Source of the DNA: Puccinia triticina
Lineage: Eukaryota
Reading direction: 5' to 3'
Length of the DNA: 64,000 nucleotides
Assembly: GCA_026914245.1 (NCBI GenBank)
Contig: CP110439.1
Location: 1,364,001-1,428,000 of the forward strand
In this document: piece by piece, positions 25,741 through 39,099 of the stretch
Layout of the letters: each line of letters starts with the position of its first letter
Numbering within the stretch: the first letter of the stretch is position 1
The notes under the pieces: model-generated
Databases searched by the model: none
What the model saw: only the letters and a program-made list of their open reading frames with translations
Told to the model about the DNA's origin: nothing
Program-made: the position numbers and the translations under genes

Positions 25741-26118
25741 TGCGGTGGACAAACTCCACATATGGAGTATGGAGTAGTCAAGAGGCGGGCAAGGAGGAGC
25801 AATTCAAACTCAAGGATTTCCAACACAACATTCCTCAACGTAAAATAATCTAGCTCCGCAAAAGTAAACAGTAAAATAAAGCTCTGCCGCATAAAGAAGA
25901 TAACTCTGCCACAAAACTCTGCAAAAAAACCGCAAGAAACAGCCGTAAAGCAAACACAAAGCTCTGCAAAGCACAATCGTAACATAAATCAAGTCCGCAA
26001 CGTAAAAACTCCGCTCCGCAACATACGCAAAGTAAAAGAAGCACAACAATCCGCAAAGTAAAGTAAAACCCGTAAAAAGAGAGTCTGTGGGGAGTATCAT
26101 GATTCCTCCCTCCCCCAC

Positions 26119-27262
26119 TGTGGTTTTATAGAGAAAAGGGAAGAGAAATAAAAGATATCCTCCGCCCGCCTCCCACGCACGCCATCCGCTAACTCTGTTC
26201 ACACACGCACACTCGTCATCCGCTGTGGTCATTATTCCTGTGTTTGTAGGAGAAAAATTCAAACTTTTATGGGTACTCACAAAACGCCTCAAGATACAGC
26301 CAAATGGACATCAGAAATGGAATCTAGGACCAAAAATAACCCCTAGTCACCCACTGAAACCACTCTCATATCTCTACCGGATCAGAAGATACGCAAATCA
26401 CCCCTTTCACGCACCAGTCCGAGTGGGTTCACACACAGACTCAACTCTTGGCTACCATACTGGGCATAATGCATACGGCACATGAATTACTTATCTTCCT
26501 TCCTTTTATCAGTCCTCACCTCCTATTTTTCCCTTGCATATGTTTGTTTCCCATTTGCATATCTTTGATCTTGGAAAATCCTTGTATGAATATATATGAT
26601 CCTGTTTGCATATCAAAGGGACGCATTGTAGATAGACTAGCTAAATTCCCTCAGTTGTACTTTCTCACCAGCCAAATTCCCTCAAAGCTGTTCCCCTGGA
26701 GCTAAATTCCCTCATCATTGGCTATATAAGGAGGCCTCTGCCTGCCAGTTGTTCCCTCCTCATGCCATCCGGCAGTATATTCCCTACTCACTTATCACCA
26801 CTCATATTATCATCTATCCATATCACAGTTATCAGTTCATATCACCACTCAGTTTCACATACCTTTCACACTCTATTTGAAATTTATATCACCGCTCAGT
26901 CACACACCTTTCACCAGTAACCAGTCCCCGGTTCCACTCCTGGTTGAGCTTAGCGCCCTCTCATCCTTGTCACTCCTCACTTTCTGAACTTATATACCCC
27001 CAGGCCAAGGACCTAGGTTCAAGCCCCACTCAAGACATCAAGTCACCGTCACCTATCTCATACATCAGTAACCCCATCAACCTCAGACATCAACAACAAT
27101 CCTCTTATATATCTCATCTTCAAACATATCCTATCACAAAATAAATTGCCAAGCTTACCTTGGTGGTCTTGTTTTCTGATATACAGAAAGGCAGAGCTTG
27201 CACCTCACCCATACCTTTCGCCATTCAGCAAAAGGGTCTCACGACACCTTTTGAGTCTTACA
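26119..27262 (+). mobile_element. Solo LTR, Ty3/Gypsy (TGTGG...GTCTTACA family), TSD CCAC/CCGC
   Basis: TGTGGTTTT...TTTTGAGTCTTACA, with the shared AAATTCCCTCA repeats, TATATAAGGAG and GGCAGAGCTTGCA motifs. The flanks differ by one CpG-type change. Confidence 0.8.
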
Positions 27263-29149
27263 CCGCCAAGCGCTATACACACGCACGTCATCTGCCAAGC
27301 TCCGCTCTCACGCCAACTCCTGTCGCCTCCGCCGCTCGCCTTTGACCACTGTCAAACTCCTCTCTCTAGCTTCCACGCCCCTGTCTAGCCTATGATGTCA
27401 GGATCCCACACGCCGCCCTTCTGGCTGCCACGGCTTCCCTCAATCACCACCTCCGCTATATAGTCCGCGCTGGCCTGCCTTGTCTGAGTCCAGTTCCGCC
27501 GTCGAGCTCCGCGCGCCGCCGCCTTCAGTTGTGCACTCCGCTCCGCTCCGTTCCGCACCGTTTCTGCACCGTTTCTGCACCGTTTCTGCACCACTTCTGC
27601 ACTGCCTGTGCGCCGCGCTGATTGCTCCGTGGAAAATTTGACACGAATTCCAGAATTGATCACCACACCGGTGTGTCTCCTTTGCCTTGGGCTTGGTCCC
27701 GAAGTTATCTGAAAACAGCCCCACCTTGACTGGTTTTGAGAAGTCCGTTCAATCCCTGAGCTTGAAGTGATTGAAAGGGTTTCCAATCATCTCACTGCAC
27801 TTGGTGATCATTCACTAGAACAAGTATTGGGGAAATTTTCTGGTCTGTTATACCATATGACTAGTTTGGTTACATGTGAGCAATGTTGATTGGACTTAAG
27901 CTTCTGGATGGGAAAGTGGGATTCTAGAGAAATGCAAAAGGAAAGCTAGACCTGATTCCTGATATGACATCACTGCAAGAAGGAAAGGCTGTGCTACTGC
28001 AACCAGTTGACACACAAGAGATCACTCCAAAGAAGCTTACTTTTTGGGTCTAAACCAACATCTATGGGGGTCCCAGATTACACAGGAAGTCCTCCAGTGT
28101 CCAGATTTTTCCGGGAAATATGGGCTCAATTGTCTCAAATCCTAGATCTGCCTGGATTTCCCTGAAAAATCTGGGAAAATCTGGGTTTCCAGATCGGCGG
28201 GAAGTCCTCCACTTCCTTTCAAATCTGAGACCCTCTAACTTAACACAAGTCCCCCTGGTGGGAGGCTTGCTGTGGCTGGCCGCAAAGCGGCCCCTCCTGC
28301 AGGGAGGGACTTGCATATTATTCCCAATTTCATAGGGAAGCAGAAAGTACCAAATGGCTGTAAGGTTTTTTAACTTTTTAATAGCTCTGCCCCCAGCACC
28401 TCCAAATATCTGAGCCACAGCTCTCTGACCCTTTGACATCTCCTCTACAACTAGAGGCCAAGGCGGCTTCGCCGCTGCAAACACAAGGTCTAATGCACTT
28501 GCTTGTCTCTCTTGGAGCATTGAAATGTAGTAAAAATCCCATCCTATGACTAAAGCTACTACACATTTCTTCAACCTTCCATGAAATGAATTGGAAATTG
28601 CTCTAAGATTCCATTATTTTTCAAAGCTCAAATTGGTCTTGAAAGTGTTGTGGGATTTATTTCCTCCAATATCACCATTAAAGCGTCTCTGGAAGCCTGT
28701 TGGCTTCATATAGATTTCAATTTAAACTGTTATCAAGAAGGCTCACCAACAACTAAACCAAATCCTTGAATCAACTCTGCAGCTTACTTTTGATAACTAT
28801 CAACCATGAGCATCTTTGTTCAAGCTAACAAGAACCTAAAATGCTTGGGGATCAATTTTTAAAACTCAATCAAATGACCCAACACAGATTCATTGCAATT
28901 TACTACAGATTTATAGAAAAAAAGACAAATTGGAGTAGATATAAGTGATTTTTGGAATTGACTAATTCAACAGAATGATGGCCGTTGGAAGATTTGGAAG
29001 CCAAAACATGATCATGATGTTTGTTATTTGCAAATAATCTACTTTTTGGAGGGAGAAGGCAGGGTATGGGCAGTATTGATTTTTCACTGAGGTACCAATC
29101 TCTACAGACCATGAAAAAGTGACTGGAAAGCATATGGACCTCAATTGGC

Positions 29150-29990
29150 TGGAATTGAAAAAAGTTCAAAACATACAAGGTTTAGTGGCATGGAAAACAC
29201 CATGACATAGGCCTTTGTCATGCCTTCCTCCTCACTAAGTTTAGGAATTGTTCTGTGCGGACGCGGAGGCCCTCTTTCCCTCATCGAGGGTCTTGACGAG
29301 CTGCCTGCCGGCCGGAAGGTTGCCCTGGAAGAGGATTGGTTGACATTTGTGGCCTGCAGCAACGAGCTTGGTCTCGGAGCAGAAGCTGAGCGAGACGAAG
29401 GGCAGACTGGAGGTTTAATGACATGGATTGCAGGCGAGCTTGGTGACATGGATCACATGGGGAGCTGCGTCGGGTCCGCTGGGGTGGACCAGCGTGACGG
29501 CGGAGTCGTGGGTGACGAAGGCGGGAGGTTCCTCACTGTGCAAGATGCAGATGTTGTGCACCCATCCACCGGTCGCGGCGAAGTCTACACAGATTGTGTT
29601 GAATGGGATCCGCTCGCCCCAGACGGTGGGCGCGGGCTTGGAGTTGACGCTTTCGATGTACGTGATGAGACTCAACAGGTGGCCTTGGCCGAGCCGACGG
29701 CAGGCAAGACCGAGTTGGGGAGGACTGGGGACGGTGGGGCGGAGCAGCTTCTTGAGATGCTTGGCCACCCACCAGTTCGACTCGTGGTCGTGCTGGCACG
29801 CCGCAATTTTCCGTGCGCCTGAGCCGACGGCAAACTGGGCCTCGCCGGGCGACCATCAGACAAAGGTGGCAGAGCGGTGCAGGGGTAATAGGACCAAGGA
29901 CGACTGCCAGTTCCCTGGCGTGCTGGGATCTAATGAGTCTGGGCCGTACTGCTATACATATGCCCCAATAATAATTTACATATGAAAAAA
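29150..29990 (-). pseudogene. GC-rich degenerate coding sequence of unknown family
   Basis: Protein-like stretch (..GHLLSLITYIESVNSKPAPTVWGERIPFNTICVDFAATGGWVH..) broken across frames. No domain recognised. Confidence 0.3.
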
Positions 29991-32655
29991 ACAGTTGGGT
30001 GGGGCAGCACTGCACGGCGAGGGAGATTTCAATCTGAATCGAAAGAATAACTGACCATGCGGGTTCCTAGGATTCTTGGCATAATCGTGAGCTGTATGTA
30101 CAACGTTGCGTAATGTATGTTAATACAATGGGTTAGAGAGCTCCGCTGGTGCGAAAGAATAAATGATCAACAGGGGGCAAGAGGACCAACATTTGAGCAT
30201 GGCGTTTTGCATCTTGTTAACCAGGTAAAAAGTAATGGCCCCACCAATCATGAAGTGACTCATTGGCCTGAACACGGCAGTGGGCCAAGCTCGGACACCG
30301 AAGAAAGACTGAAAGAAAGCAAAGCGAGCAAATATGGTAGAAAGAAAAGCACATCAGATGGGCTTTCACGGGGAGATATAATTCTCAAAAGATTGTACAT
30401 ACCATTTTTGAGGACTTTGAGAGGAACGGGTTGACTTGCAATCAGTATCAGGAGTGTGCTGTGCTAGCGGTGAGGTCGAGGTGGCCCGGTGTTGAGTGCA
30501 AGGTTGATTGATGAATCCTTTGCAATCAGCAAGTGGAAGCATTGCGAGCCAACCTTTTGCCAAGTCACAAAATGAACTGCTAACTGACCTCAATGACGGG
30601 CTGAAAAAGTTTAGATCAGCTAAACTCCAGCCTGGGCCAGGATGGCTTCTCCGCTCGGAATAATCATGTGAAGCCGAGGAAAGAGACGTACCCTTAGAGC
30701 GCAATGTTCGCCGGGGCCCACAGCCCCAGCCCCAGCCCTAGCAATAGCAGCAGAGGCAAAGGGTTGATGGACAAATCGAAGGGCGCGACAGGCCGCGAGG
30801 AGGCGGGCAAGGCTTTCCCGCAACGGAGTGGTCTAGGGAGAATGTGTGTGGCTGGTGTTTAGATCAGGTCAAAGAATTGATCAACAATCAGCAGGGTAGA
30901 AGCTTGAAATGTGGAGTTGCTGGGTCAGGATTGGCAACATGGAAGTGGTGGTTTGGTTACAAGCTTGGACCGTGGTGTTAGTTTGGATACGCCTGGCGGT
31001 TGTTTGGATACAAGCTGACACCGTGGCGGGGGATGTGTGGAAACGGCCTAGAAACTTCTCATCAAGCCGCGCGGCAAAGGTTCGGTGTTGTCGTGTGCCG
31101 TGCGGGTTGTTGTGGGGGTTATGTTGTGTTGGCCTGGTGATGTGACTCTGTCGTCAAGGCCGTGGTCGTGTGGCGAAGCGGCCGTTAGTATGGTTGCGGT
31201 GTGGTAGCTAGATACGGCGGGGTTTGGTGTCCATGGCTTGGGGGGGTGGGTAGTGTGCCTGGACGGTATCAAAGCATTGGCGTGGTCTATAAAAGGAGGG
31301 GGGGGGGATGAGGGTAGTTTTCCTCAGGCGACTCACGAGCTGTAATTCCAGCTCGGGGGTCGTCTCACCCCCGTCCGCTGTTGCAATTGCGCAGTCCGGC
31401 GGGGGATACTCGTGGGCCCCCCTTGTGCTTTAGGGCTGGGGGCCTTCCTCCCGACACTTTTGGCCCTGCTAGACAGGGAAGGGCGGAGGGCCACGATGCG
31501 TCAGCTTGCTGCGCTAGGTGGCTGGGCGCGGTTTTTTGTTTTCCCTCTGTGACACTTGTAATTTTGTGCGCTTTTTTTTTGTGGTTTTTTTTTTTACTGT
31601 GGCTGTTGCGGTTTGGTTGTTGCTTGTTTTGTAGGGGGGAAAACCTCTGAATTTTTTTTTTGTAATTTGTCAAGTTGTAGGGGAAACCCTTGAATTTTTT
31701 TTCTGCAAACCTGAGACTTTAATATACTTTGATTCTGTCCCCTCAGAATTTTTGTATCACTCTCAATGTATTTTTGATAAATTTTTTAAAAGTGACTTCT
31801 CAAGAAATGGATCTGCACAAGGATTCACAAGGCTGTATTGCTTGTAGATCATGTGGACCAAAAAATCTGCATGCTTTCTAGGTTGTATGTAAATTGACAC
31901 ACTGTATGTACATAAGCTAAGATCACCACTGTGCTTCCCTCTGGCCAAATGTGGATCCACACATGGATCTTCCAAACTTAAGACATGGTTTGGAATTTTG
32001 TTTTTCTTCCTTGAACTAGATTCCTGGACACTTTTTTCACTAGGGATTGCAGTCTTTGGATTGAGAGGCTGGAACAGGTGTCAAAATTTGTGCATTTATC
32101 AAGGATACAAGACCTCTATTCAGTTTTCTTTTATTTTTTTTATTACATTTTATAGGGCTGTATTTTTATTTTTTGCACTGAATATCCCTTCTGCTCCTGC
32201 CAAAATTGAGGGATAGCAAGTAAGCCTCTCCTATGGAGAGCGCTCTGCGCGGGTCCCCCGGAACTCTGTTTGAGTGGCTTTGTTAAGCTAGTGAGACCCT
32301 TGCAGTTGTGGATATTGACCCAAAAAAGTCTATATTTTTGCAGAGAAATCTAGTGTTGAGTTTCACTCAGATGTTTCTGTTTCTTTTATGCTTTACACAT
32401 GTATTTTCCATTTCACATACATTTCACAGCTTGTATGTAGAGTACTTGAGGCAGCAGACGTGGAAGGAAACTCTCCTCATCCTTCCACAAACATTGTCTG
32501 CTCCCCACACCGTGTCCACTGTCCTCAGGTTAGCCAGTCTTTTCTTTCCTTCTTTCTTCTTCTGTTTTCTTCTTCTATCTCTCTGGCTCCTTTCTGTGTA
32601 ATGACAATCATCCTTCCACAAAAATCGTCCGCTCCCCACACCGTGTCCGCTGTCC

Positions 32656-33923
32656 TCAGTTTTCCGCCCAGTACATCAGGGAGCCTATGGTTGACCGGAA
32701 TTCTGTTGCATTGACCGGGTCCTTGTCATTGCTTTCTAGCACATTGTCACTGAGCGCTACGGTGCGCGGAAAAACCTGCCGGTGGTACTTTTCAACAATC
32801 TTGTTCGCCATTAGTGTCTGATCCAGGAATATCCCATTCGAGAAACTTTCAAAATTAATCCCAACAAGTCTATCAACCTTGTCCGACCACTTAATTTCCA
32901 AGTCCTTCATCATCCCGTCGCGTAGTTGGTGTAGGAGCGAAACATCAGAGGACACCGCAAAGCCGTCATCGACATGGAGCCAGATTATCACAAAACCGGT
33001 GCCTTTCTGAAAGAGATAAAGTGAGGGCTCAATCTCGCTAGCTTCAAATCCCAGCTTCTCAACTGTCAGCTTGAAGCACTTCCACCAACAACAAGCTGCC
33101 TGCTTTTTCCCATACAACGCCTTTTTCAGCTTCATTACTTTCTCTTTCAGGTGCGGGAAAATTTTGACTGGGGGTTGCACAAAAACGTCTTCTTCAATTG
33201 GACTATAGAGGTACGCCGATCTGACATCAAAGGTCGCTGTCGCCAGCCCGAACTTCTGCGCCATGGAGATCAGCAGCCTCAGGGTATTTAAGGACGCCGT
33301 GGGCGCATACGTCTCGTTGCAATCAACACCAAGCTGTTGGTTGAACCCTTTTGCAACGTACCTCGCACGGAACTTCTAGATCTTGCCGTCAGGTCTACTT
33401 TTCAGCGAAAACACCCATTGGGCCCCCAAGACCTTCATTCCTTTGAATGGATCCACCGCCTCCCAGACATCCAACTCCTTGAACTTCTTCATCTCGTAAC
33501 TCGCCGCCTCCTTCCACGCCAACAAATCCAGTCCAGCCAACGCCGCCTTGATTGTCTTCGGTAAGTCGATTTCCGGTCCAGAGTCCAATTGCGCCAATTG
33601 TTTTGCCTCCTCCGCAGCTATCACATCCGTCTTTTCTCCCCCCAATTTGAGCATTATCTGATTCAGCACAAAGTCCAGGTCTGACTTTTTAACGCTTCTC
33701 TTCACAGGTAGGTTGAGGAAATCCGGAAAAGTCGCCAAGGTCGAGTGTATAGCGCGCCGTTCACAAGGCAAGAAGAACGACCAGCCAGCACCCCCATCCG
33801 GATATCCGATGAGAACCGCATCCTGCGCTCTTTCGTCGAGTTTCTTCCGGCCATCACTGGGGATGTGGATAAGAGCTTTTGCTCCGAAAGGGTACAGCAC
33901 ATCCGGATTTGGTTTTATGCCGT
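32656..33923 (-). pseudogene. Copia pol: integrase C-terminus and reverse transcriptase (RVT_2), disrupted
   Basis: KKLDERAQDAVLIGY, WVFSLK..DGKI*, FDVRSAYLYSPIEEDVFVQPP, LKKALYG, IIWLHVDD, FRSTIGSLMY; then truncated. Confidence 0.9.
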
Positions 33924-34111
33924 TGTAAAGCTCAAAAGCGTTCCTGAGAACCTTTTTCTGAGTGCGGAAAGGGATGAATGAGGTTACCTCTGCCTTTCCT
34001 GGGTCACTAGACACTAAAACAAGCCCCCCAATCTACAATTGGAAGGTTTATGTAGTGATAGTGGAGGTGTATCAAAAGATAGCCTACTTTGAGCAGGTGG
34101 CTCAAGGGTTA

Positions 34112-34986
34112 GGGGCAGGCTAAATCCACACCAAAAAATTACTAAATCCACTCCAAAAATGGAGTGAACAATATTCCACTCCAACTTTCATTGGGTGAAC
34201 CATAGTCTACTCCAAATTTTGTTGGAGTGAACAAAATTACACTCCAAAAAAGCCTGTTTTTTGGAGTGTACCCATGATGCACTCCAAAAATTTTGGAGTA
34301 AACCCAATTCCACTCCAAAAATATTTTTTCCATGGTAGATTTTTCATTTTTTTTTTTTTGGAGTGCACAGATTTTCACTCCAAATATATTGGAGTGGATT
34401 AAGGCTTCTCAAATTTAAAAAAAATGAAATTTTGAATCTGTATAATAACTTTGAAAAATGTATATTTGGAGTTCTTGGGATGGAGTACCAGGAAAACTTT
34501 ATAGCAGTAGTATGCAGGTTACATGAATCAACCTAATTGAATCCCCCCAAATTTATTTCTGGTGAAGGTTTTAGTCATTGTAGAAACTGAAAGGATTGTA
34601 CATACATCATTTTTGATGTATTTTAAATACACATATGATGCTGACATAAGGTTTTGTTCCTCTTTGAGAACCCTGAATTCTTTCACTAGAATATTGTGGA
34701 AAACCACTCCAATAAATTTGGAGTGAATGTCTGTGCACTCCAAAAAAATGAATCATTTTACTTTGGAAAAAAATATTTTTGGAGTGGAATTGGGTTCACT
34801 CCAAAATTTTTGGAGTGCATCATGATTACACTCCAAAAAACAGGCTTTTTTGGAGTGTAATTTTGTTCACTCCAACAAAATTTGGAGTAGACCATTGTTC
34901 ACTCCAATGAAAGTTGGAGTGGACTACTGTTCACTCCATTTTTGGAGTGGATGAAGTAATTTTTTGGTGTGGATTTAGCCTGCCCC
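34112..34986. mobile_element. Foldback/MITE with ~280-bp TIRs (GGGGCAGGCTAAATCCACACC...), flanked by TA
   Basis: 34112-~34400 mirrors ~34700-34986 and is built of CACTCCAA/TTGGAGTG motifs. Flanks TTA / TAA. Superfamily uncertain (Tc1/mariner or PIF/Harbinger). Confidence 0.85.
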
Positions 34987-37900
34987 TAAGCGTTATGGTA
35001 ATGTAGCTGATGTGTAAGTGTTGTAATGAGGTTGTAATTTGTATGTCAGGGTGTAAAACCACAATATAGAGTGGGGCTAATACTGTAGAGTGAGCAAGTA
35101 TTGTACTGTTATGGGGTAAGCTGAGTGCAAGTAGTTTGCTGAGAGAAATTACAACTGGGGGGAGGAGAGCCTCCTTAAATAGAAAAGAGTGAGGGATTTT
35201 AGCTCCAGGGGAACCAGGGAATGAGGGATTTTAGCTGCCCTGAGCTGTCAAATGAGGGATTTTGGCTGGTGGTACAGCCTAGATGAGGGAATTTAGCCCA
35301 ATTGACAGGTCACATGATGTAAAGATGAGGGAATTTAGCTGGCCTGGCCTGTCAACTGATGTCATCTGCAAGCTGCATGAGGGGTTTTTGCTATCTTGAC
35401 ACCTGCATGATGTCATCTGTCATACTGTCAGACTGCATAAGCCTGCATCAAGTGTACATAACACTGCATGACACTGCATGACATGTGCATAGCACAATGA
35501 AATGAGTGCAGCTGATGAGGTAAAGTTTATGTAAAGGTTTAGACAAGCTGTCAGGGTGGTCCATGTAACAGATTACATGTCCTGGGTAAGTGTGGTTCAT
35601 GTAACGGATTACATGACCTGAGTATGGTGTTCGTGTGTGTGAAACTGAATGATGGTGTCTTGAAGGGGTTGTAACTTGTGATCCAGAGGGGTTTAAGGTG
35701 TTTTTTCCATGGTGTCCTGTGTAGTTTTGGCCGTAGAATACAGTGGTGCCGCCATATTGGTTGATTTGAGAGTGTACATATGAGAAAAAAGGAATTTTTG
35801 AAGGGTCAATCTAAATGCACGCCAAGTTTTGACTACGTGCACGCCATAAAATTGGAGTACACAAGTCAGTACGCCAGGATTTGAGGCGTGCTCAAAGATG
35901 TACGCCAAGAAGAAGGGAGTGCCAAGGGATGCACGCCATATTATTGGGCGTACGGGAATACATACGCCAATCATCATCAATTTTGAGGCGTGAGGACATT
36001 GGCACGCCAATTTTATTGGCGTGCAAGAGTAGACACGCCAAGGAGTCCCCATTTCTTCCACTGGAGTGCACGGCTGCTCACACCAAACTTTACAGTTCTT
36101 GGCGTCCACTGGCTTGCACGCCAAATTTGCATATTGTTGGCGTGCACTGCATGTGGATTGCACGCCAATCCAACTACGGGCTCCAAATCCAACTAGGGGC
36201 TCGTAACTTAGTTTTTTTTAAGCTCCTTGTCGTTGATTCACGGCAATAGACCAAGGAGTAGATAGAAAACAACCAAGAATAAAAAAATAGATGAAATAAA
36301 AGGGAAAATCAGGAAACAGTGTAATAAATAAAAACACTTCACTCAACACGCCTGAGTGTAGAGGTTCAGGCCCTTCAGGATATGATTTTGCCAGCCGGCT
36401 CCACTTCCCGAGATCAGACGGGTGGCCAGAATAGGAGGGGGAATGGGTTTATCCTCCCCCTTCATAGTTACCAAAACCCAGTGGTTTTTGTTGGCGTGGA
36501 GAAGGTAGATTGTATCGGTGTCTTTGGAGTCTTCGGGTCCAAGATTTAGGGGAAGGAAGGTGTTGCAGCATTCTAAAGAAAGGAATACTATTGTTCAAAT
36601 ATAAACGTTCGCAAGGACCTGGCCATGGGCCATCTTGTCGAGCCATTTTGCGCGAGTAACCTTGGAGTTGATCGTTTTCAAAGTAATTCCTGTGATGATC
36701 TTTTTGACGGATTCGCTGTTGCCCTGTAGTTTTGAGTAGAGTTTGAGGTTTGCTTCAATTTCTTTGATCATCTCCCCCCTAACCTCGAACCATCCATCAT
36801 CGTCGTATCCAAGCGCTTTGGCAACACATCAAAAGCCGCAATTACCGTCCGGTTTGGGATCAAAAATCCCCTTAATGTGCGGCCGAATTTTTTGTGGGAC
36901 CTGGGATTCATAGAGCTGAATAAATCATTGATTGATCAGTTTCATGTTATCATAAATAAACTTAGGGAAATCCTCACCGCTAAAGAGAGGCTTCCCACGG
37001 CGGAATCAGATTCTACTTTATCATCATCTCCGGCAATGTCACCAAGATGAGATTCTTGCTCATCATCACTATCTCCGTTGCTATTTTCATACGGAATGGC
37101 ATCAGAGTCATCACTGTCGTCGGATTCTTCAATGTGGCTATCAGAACACTCCAAATCTAGCTCAACGTCATTGCTGCCGCAATCATCATTGCACTCGTTT
37201 TGATCGTTGTTGTTATTGCTTTTTTTTATTCTTTTTGATTTCTGTTCGGTAACCGTTGATTGGGCTCTCTTCTTCTGGTCGGACTTCAATTTAGCTTCCA
37301 CCAATTCAAATGACGAAGGATCTCTCTTTGTTGATCTAGATCGTCGGACTTTTTTTAGCGCTGGCCTACCTTCAGTTTTGATTTTGCCAGCAGGACCTTG
37401 AATTGGGATCACAATATGGGTTCCGGCTATAATATTTTTGATTTGTTTAAGAACTTCAGGGAGTTTTTCAGTCGATTTGTTAGCAAGGGAAACTGTCAGG
37501 GTCCTGATCTCGTCATCCAAGTCTATCTCAGACTCTTTGGTTATCTATAAAAACATCTGAACAAGTCAATAATCCTTCTGGATGTTAAAATGAACCTGAA
37601 ACTTGACTCACAGTGGTCTCAGGATTGTATTTGAGATGCCACTGGAAGTGGAAATTGCTTGGCAATAAAGTATTTCTATTGTTCAAAATTTCCTGAATCT
37701 TGTGCAAACAAGGGATTCCAATCCCAATCAAGAATGTTTTTGAACATGTTTCGGTTGGATCAAGTTGAGCTATCTTCGTGTATTGTGGCAGGCATTCTTT
37801 AATCGCAAATGTCAAGATCTTTCCCAGGAGCGGTACAAAGCACTTTGGAACTTTCAAGAGGGTCTTGATAGTATCTCGACCAATGGACTCGTGAACATGG

Positions 37901-38794
37901 TTAATTTGGGAGTCTACGGCGTTGGCTAACGCCTTAAAAACCGCCAGCAAGTCGCCACGTGAGTTCTGCACAAAGGTCTTCAGATATGCATGGCCGGACT
38001 CCACTCTTGAAGTGTTCAGATTTCAGAGGTGAGGGTGCTGGCACGCCCATGCCACCACAAACAATTCTTTCTCCGGAAAGATCCAAGTGTTGAGGTACTT
38101 GAGAACAGCCGGGCGAGTTGAAAGAAACTGCTTCAGAATTGTTAACCGCTCCTCATAAACCGCAGGTGTCTTTGAATAGGTTGTTTGATTCCAAAGCGCC
38201 ATAAATTTATCCCAGCGACTTTCTTTCGACTTCGCTTTTTTTTTGGATTCGGATTTGGTAGATTGGGTATCAAGTTGATCAGATTTAGTAGAAGGGAAAT
38301 ACTTCTTGCAGTTTGTGGTGATGTTTTTGTTGAGGTGCCATGTGCACAGGTTTGCTTGAGATTCGGGGAATACCTGTTGCAACGCCTGTCGTAACGCTTT
38401 GTCTTGATTGGTTATGAAAACCTTTGGCGTTCGTTGAGGGCGCCAGATATGTTTCTTGAGATTTTGCACAGCCCAAAGGGTGTTTGGAGCGTCCTCGGAC
38501 GTCATGAAGCAGAACCCAATCGAGAAAGTTCTGTTGGAAGCCGCCTGACCAATTGTATGGAGCAATGGAAGGTCATGTTGATTAGTTTTGTAGGTCGAGT
38601 CTAGCAGCGCTTCATGATGGTTGATCCTAGCAAGATGAATTGACCCCGGATGAGCAAAGAAAAAGTTCACGATGGTGCCATTCAAGTCGACATCAACGTC
38701 CCAGGACCAGTTTGATTCCTTCAACACACTCAAGAGGGCCTGTGCTGGGGACCTTCCATCCAAGTCTTCGCGACGTATCTTCTGAAGTGCGTTG

Positions 38795-39091
38795 TGTAAG
38801 AGTCCGCTTGGGACTCTTCACTGTCTGGGCTGGCACACGGCACAGAGGCCTGAAAACGGTTTCTAGGAACCACTCGTGTATTGCAAAGTACTAGCCCAGG
38901 AGAGAAGTTCAGCTTCTCTCTGTACATACAACTGAGAAAGGAAAGGAAGGGGAAAGATCGGTGCTCACCTAGCCCAGCAGAGAAGTTCAGCTTCTCTCTG
39001 CTGAGCTAGGAGGGCGCGGGGGAGCTGAGTCTAAGAGTCCGTCGATGGCTTATGTAATACCGGCTTGTGAGTTCCCGAAGGGGGCTTCACA
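38795..39091 (-). repeat. 3' LTR of the pol-only Gypsy element
   Basis: Direct repeat of 42548-42844. Confidence 0.95.
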
Positions 39092-39099
39092 GTCTCCCC

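Noticed and set aside
26995..27035. tRNA-like T-loop (GGTTCAAGCCCC)
   Set aside because: No acceptor, D or anticodon stems could be built, and it lies inside an LTR.
24809..27785. A complete LTR element bounded by the two TGTCAGGA starts (24809, 27396)
   Set aside because: Similarity stops after ~8 bp and no TSD was found.
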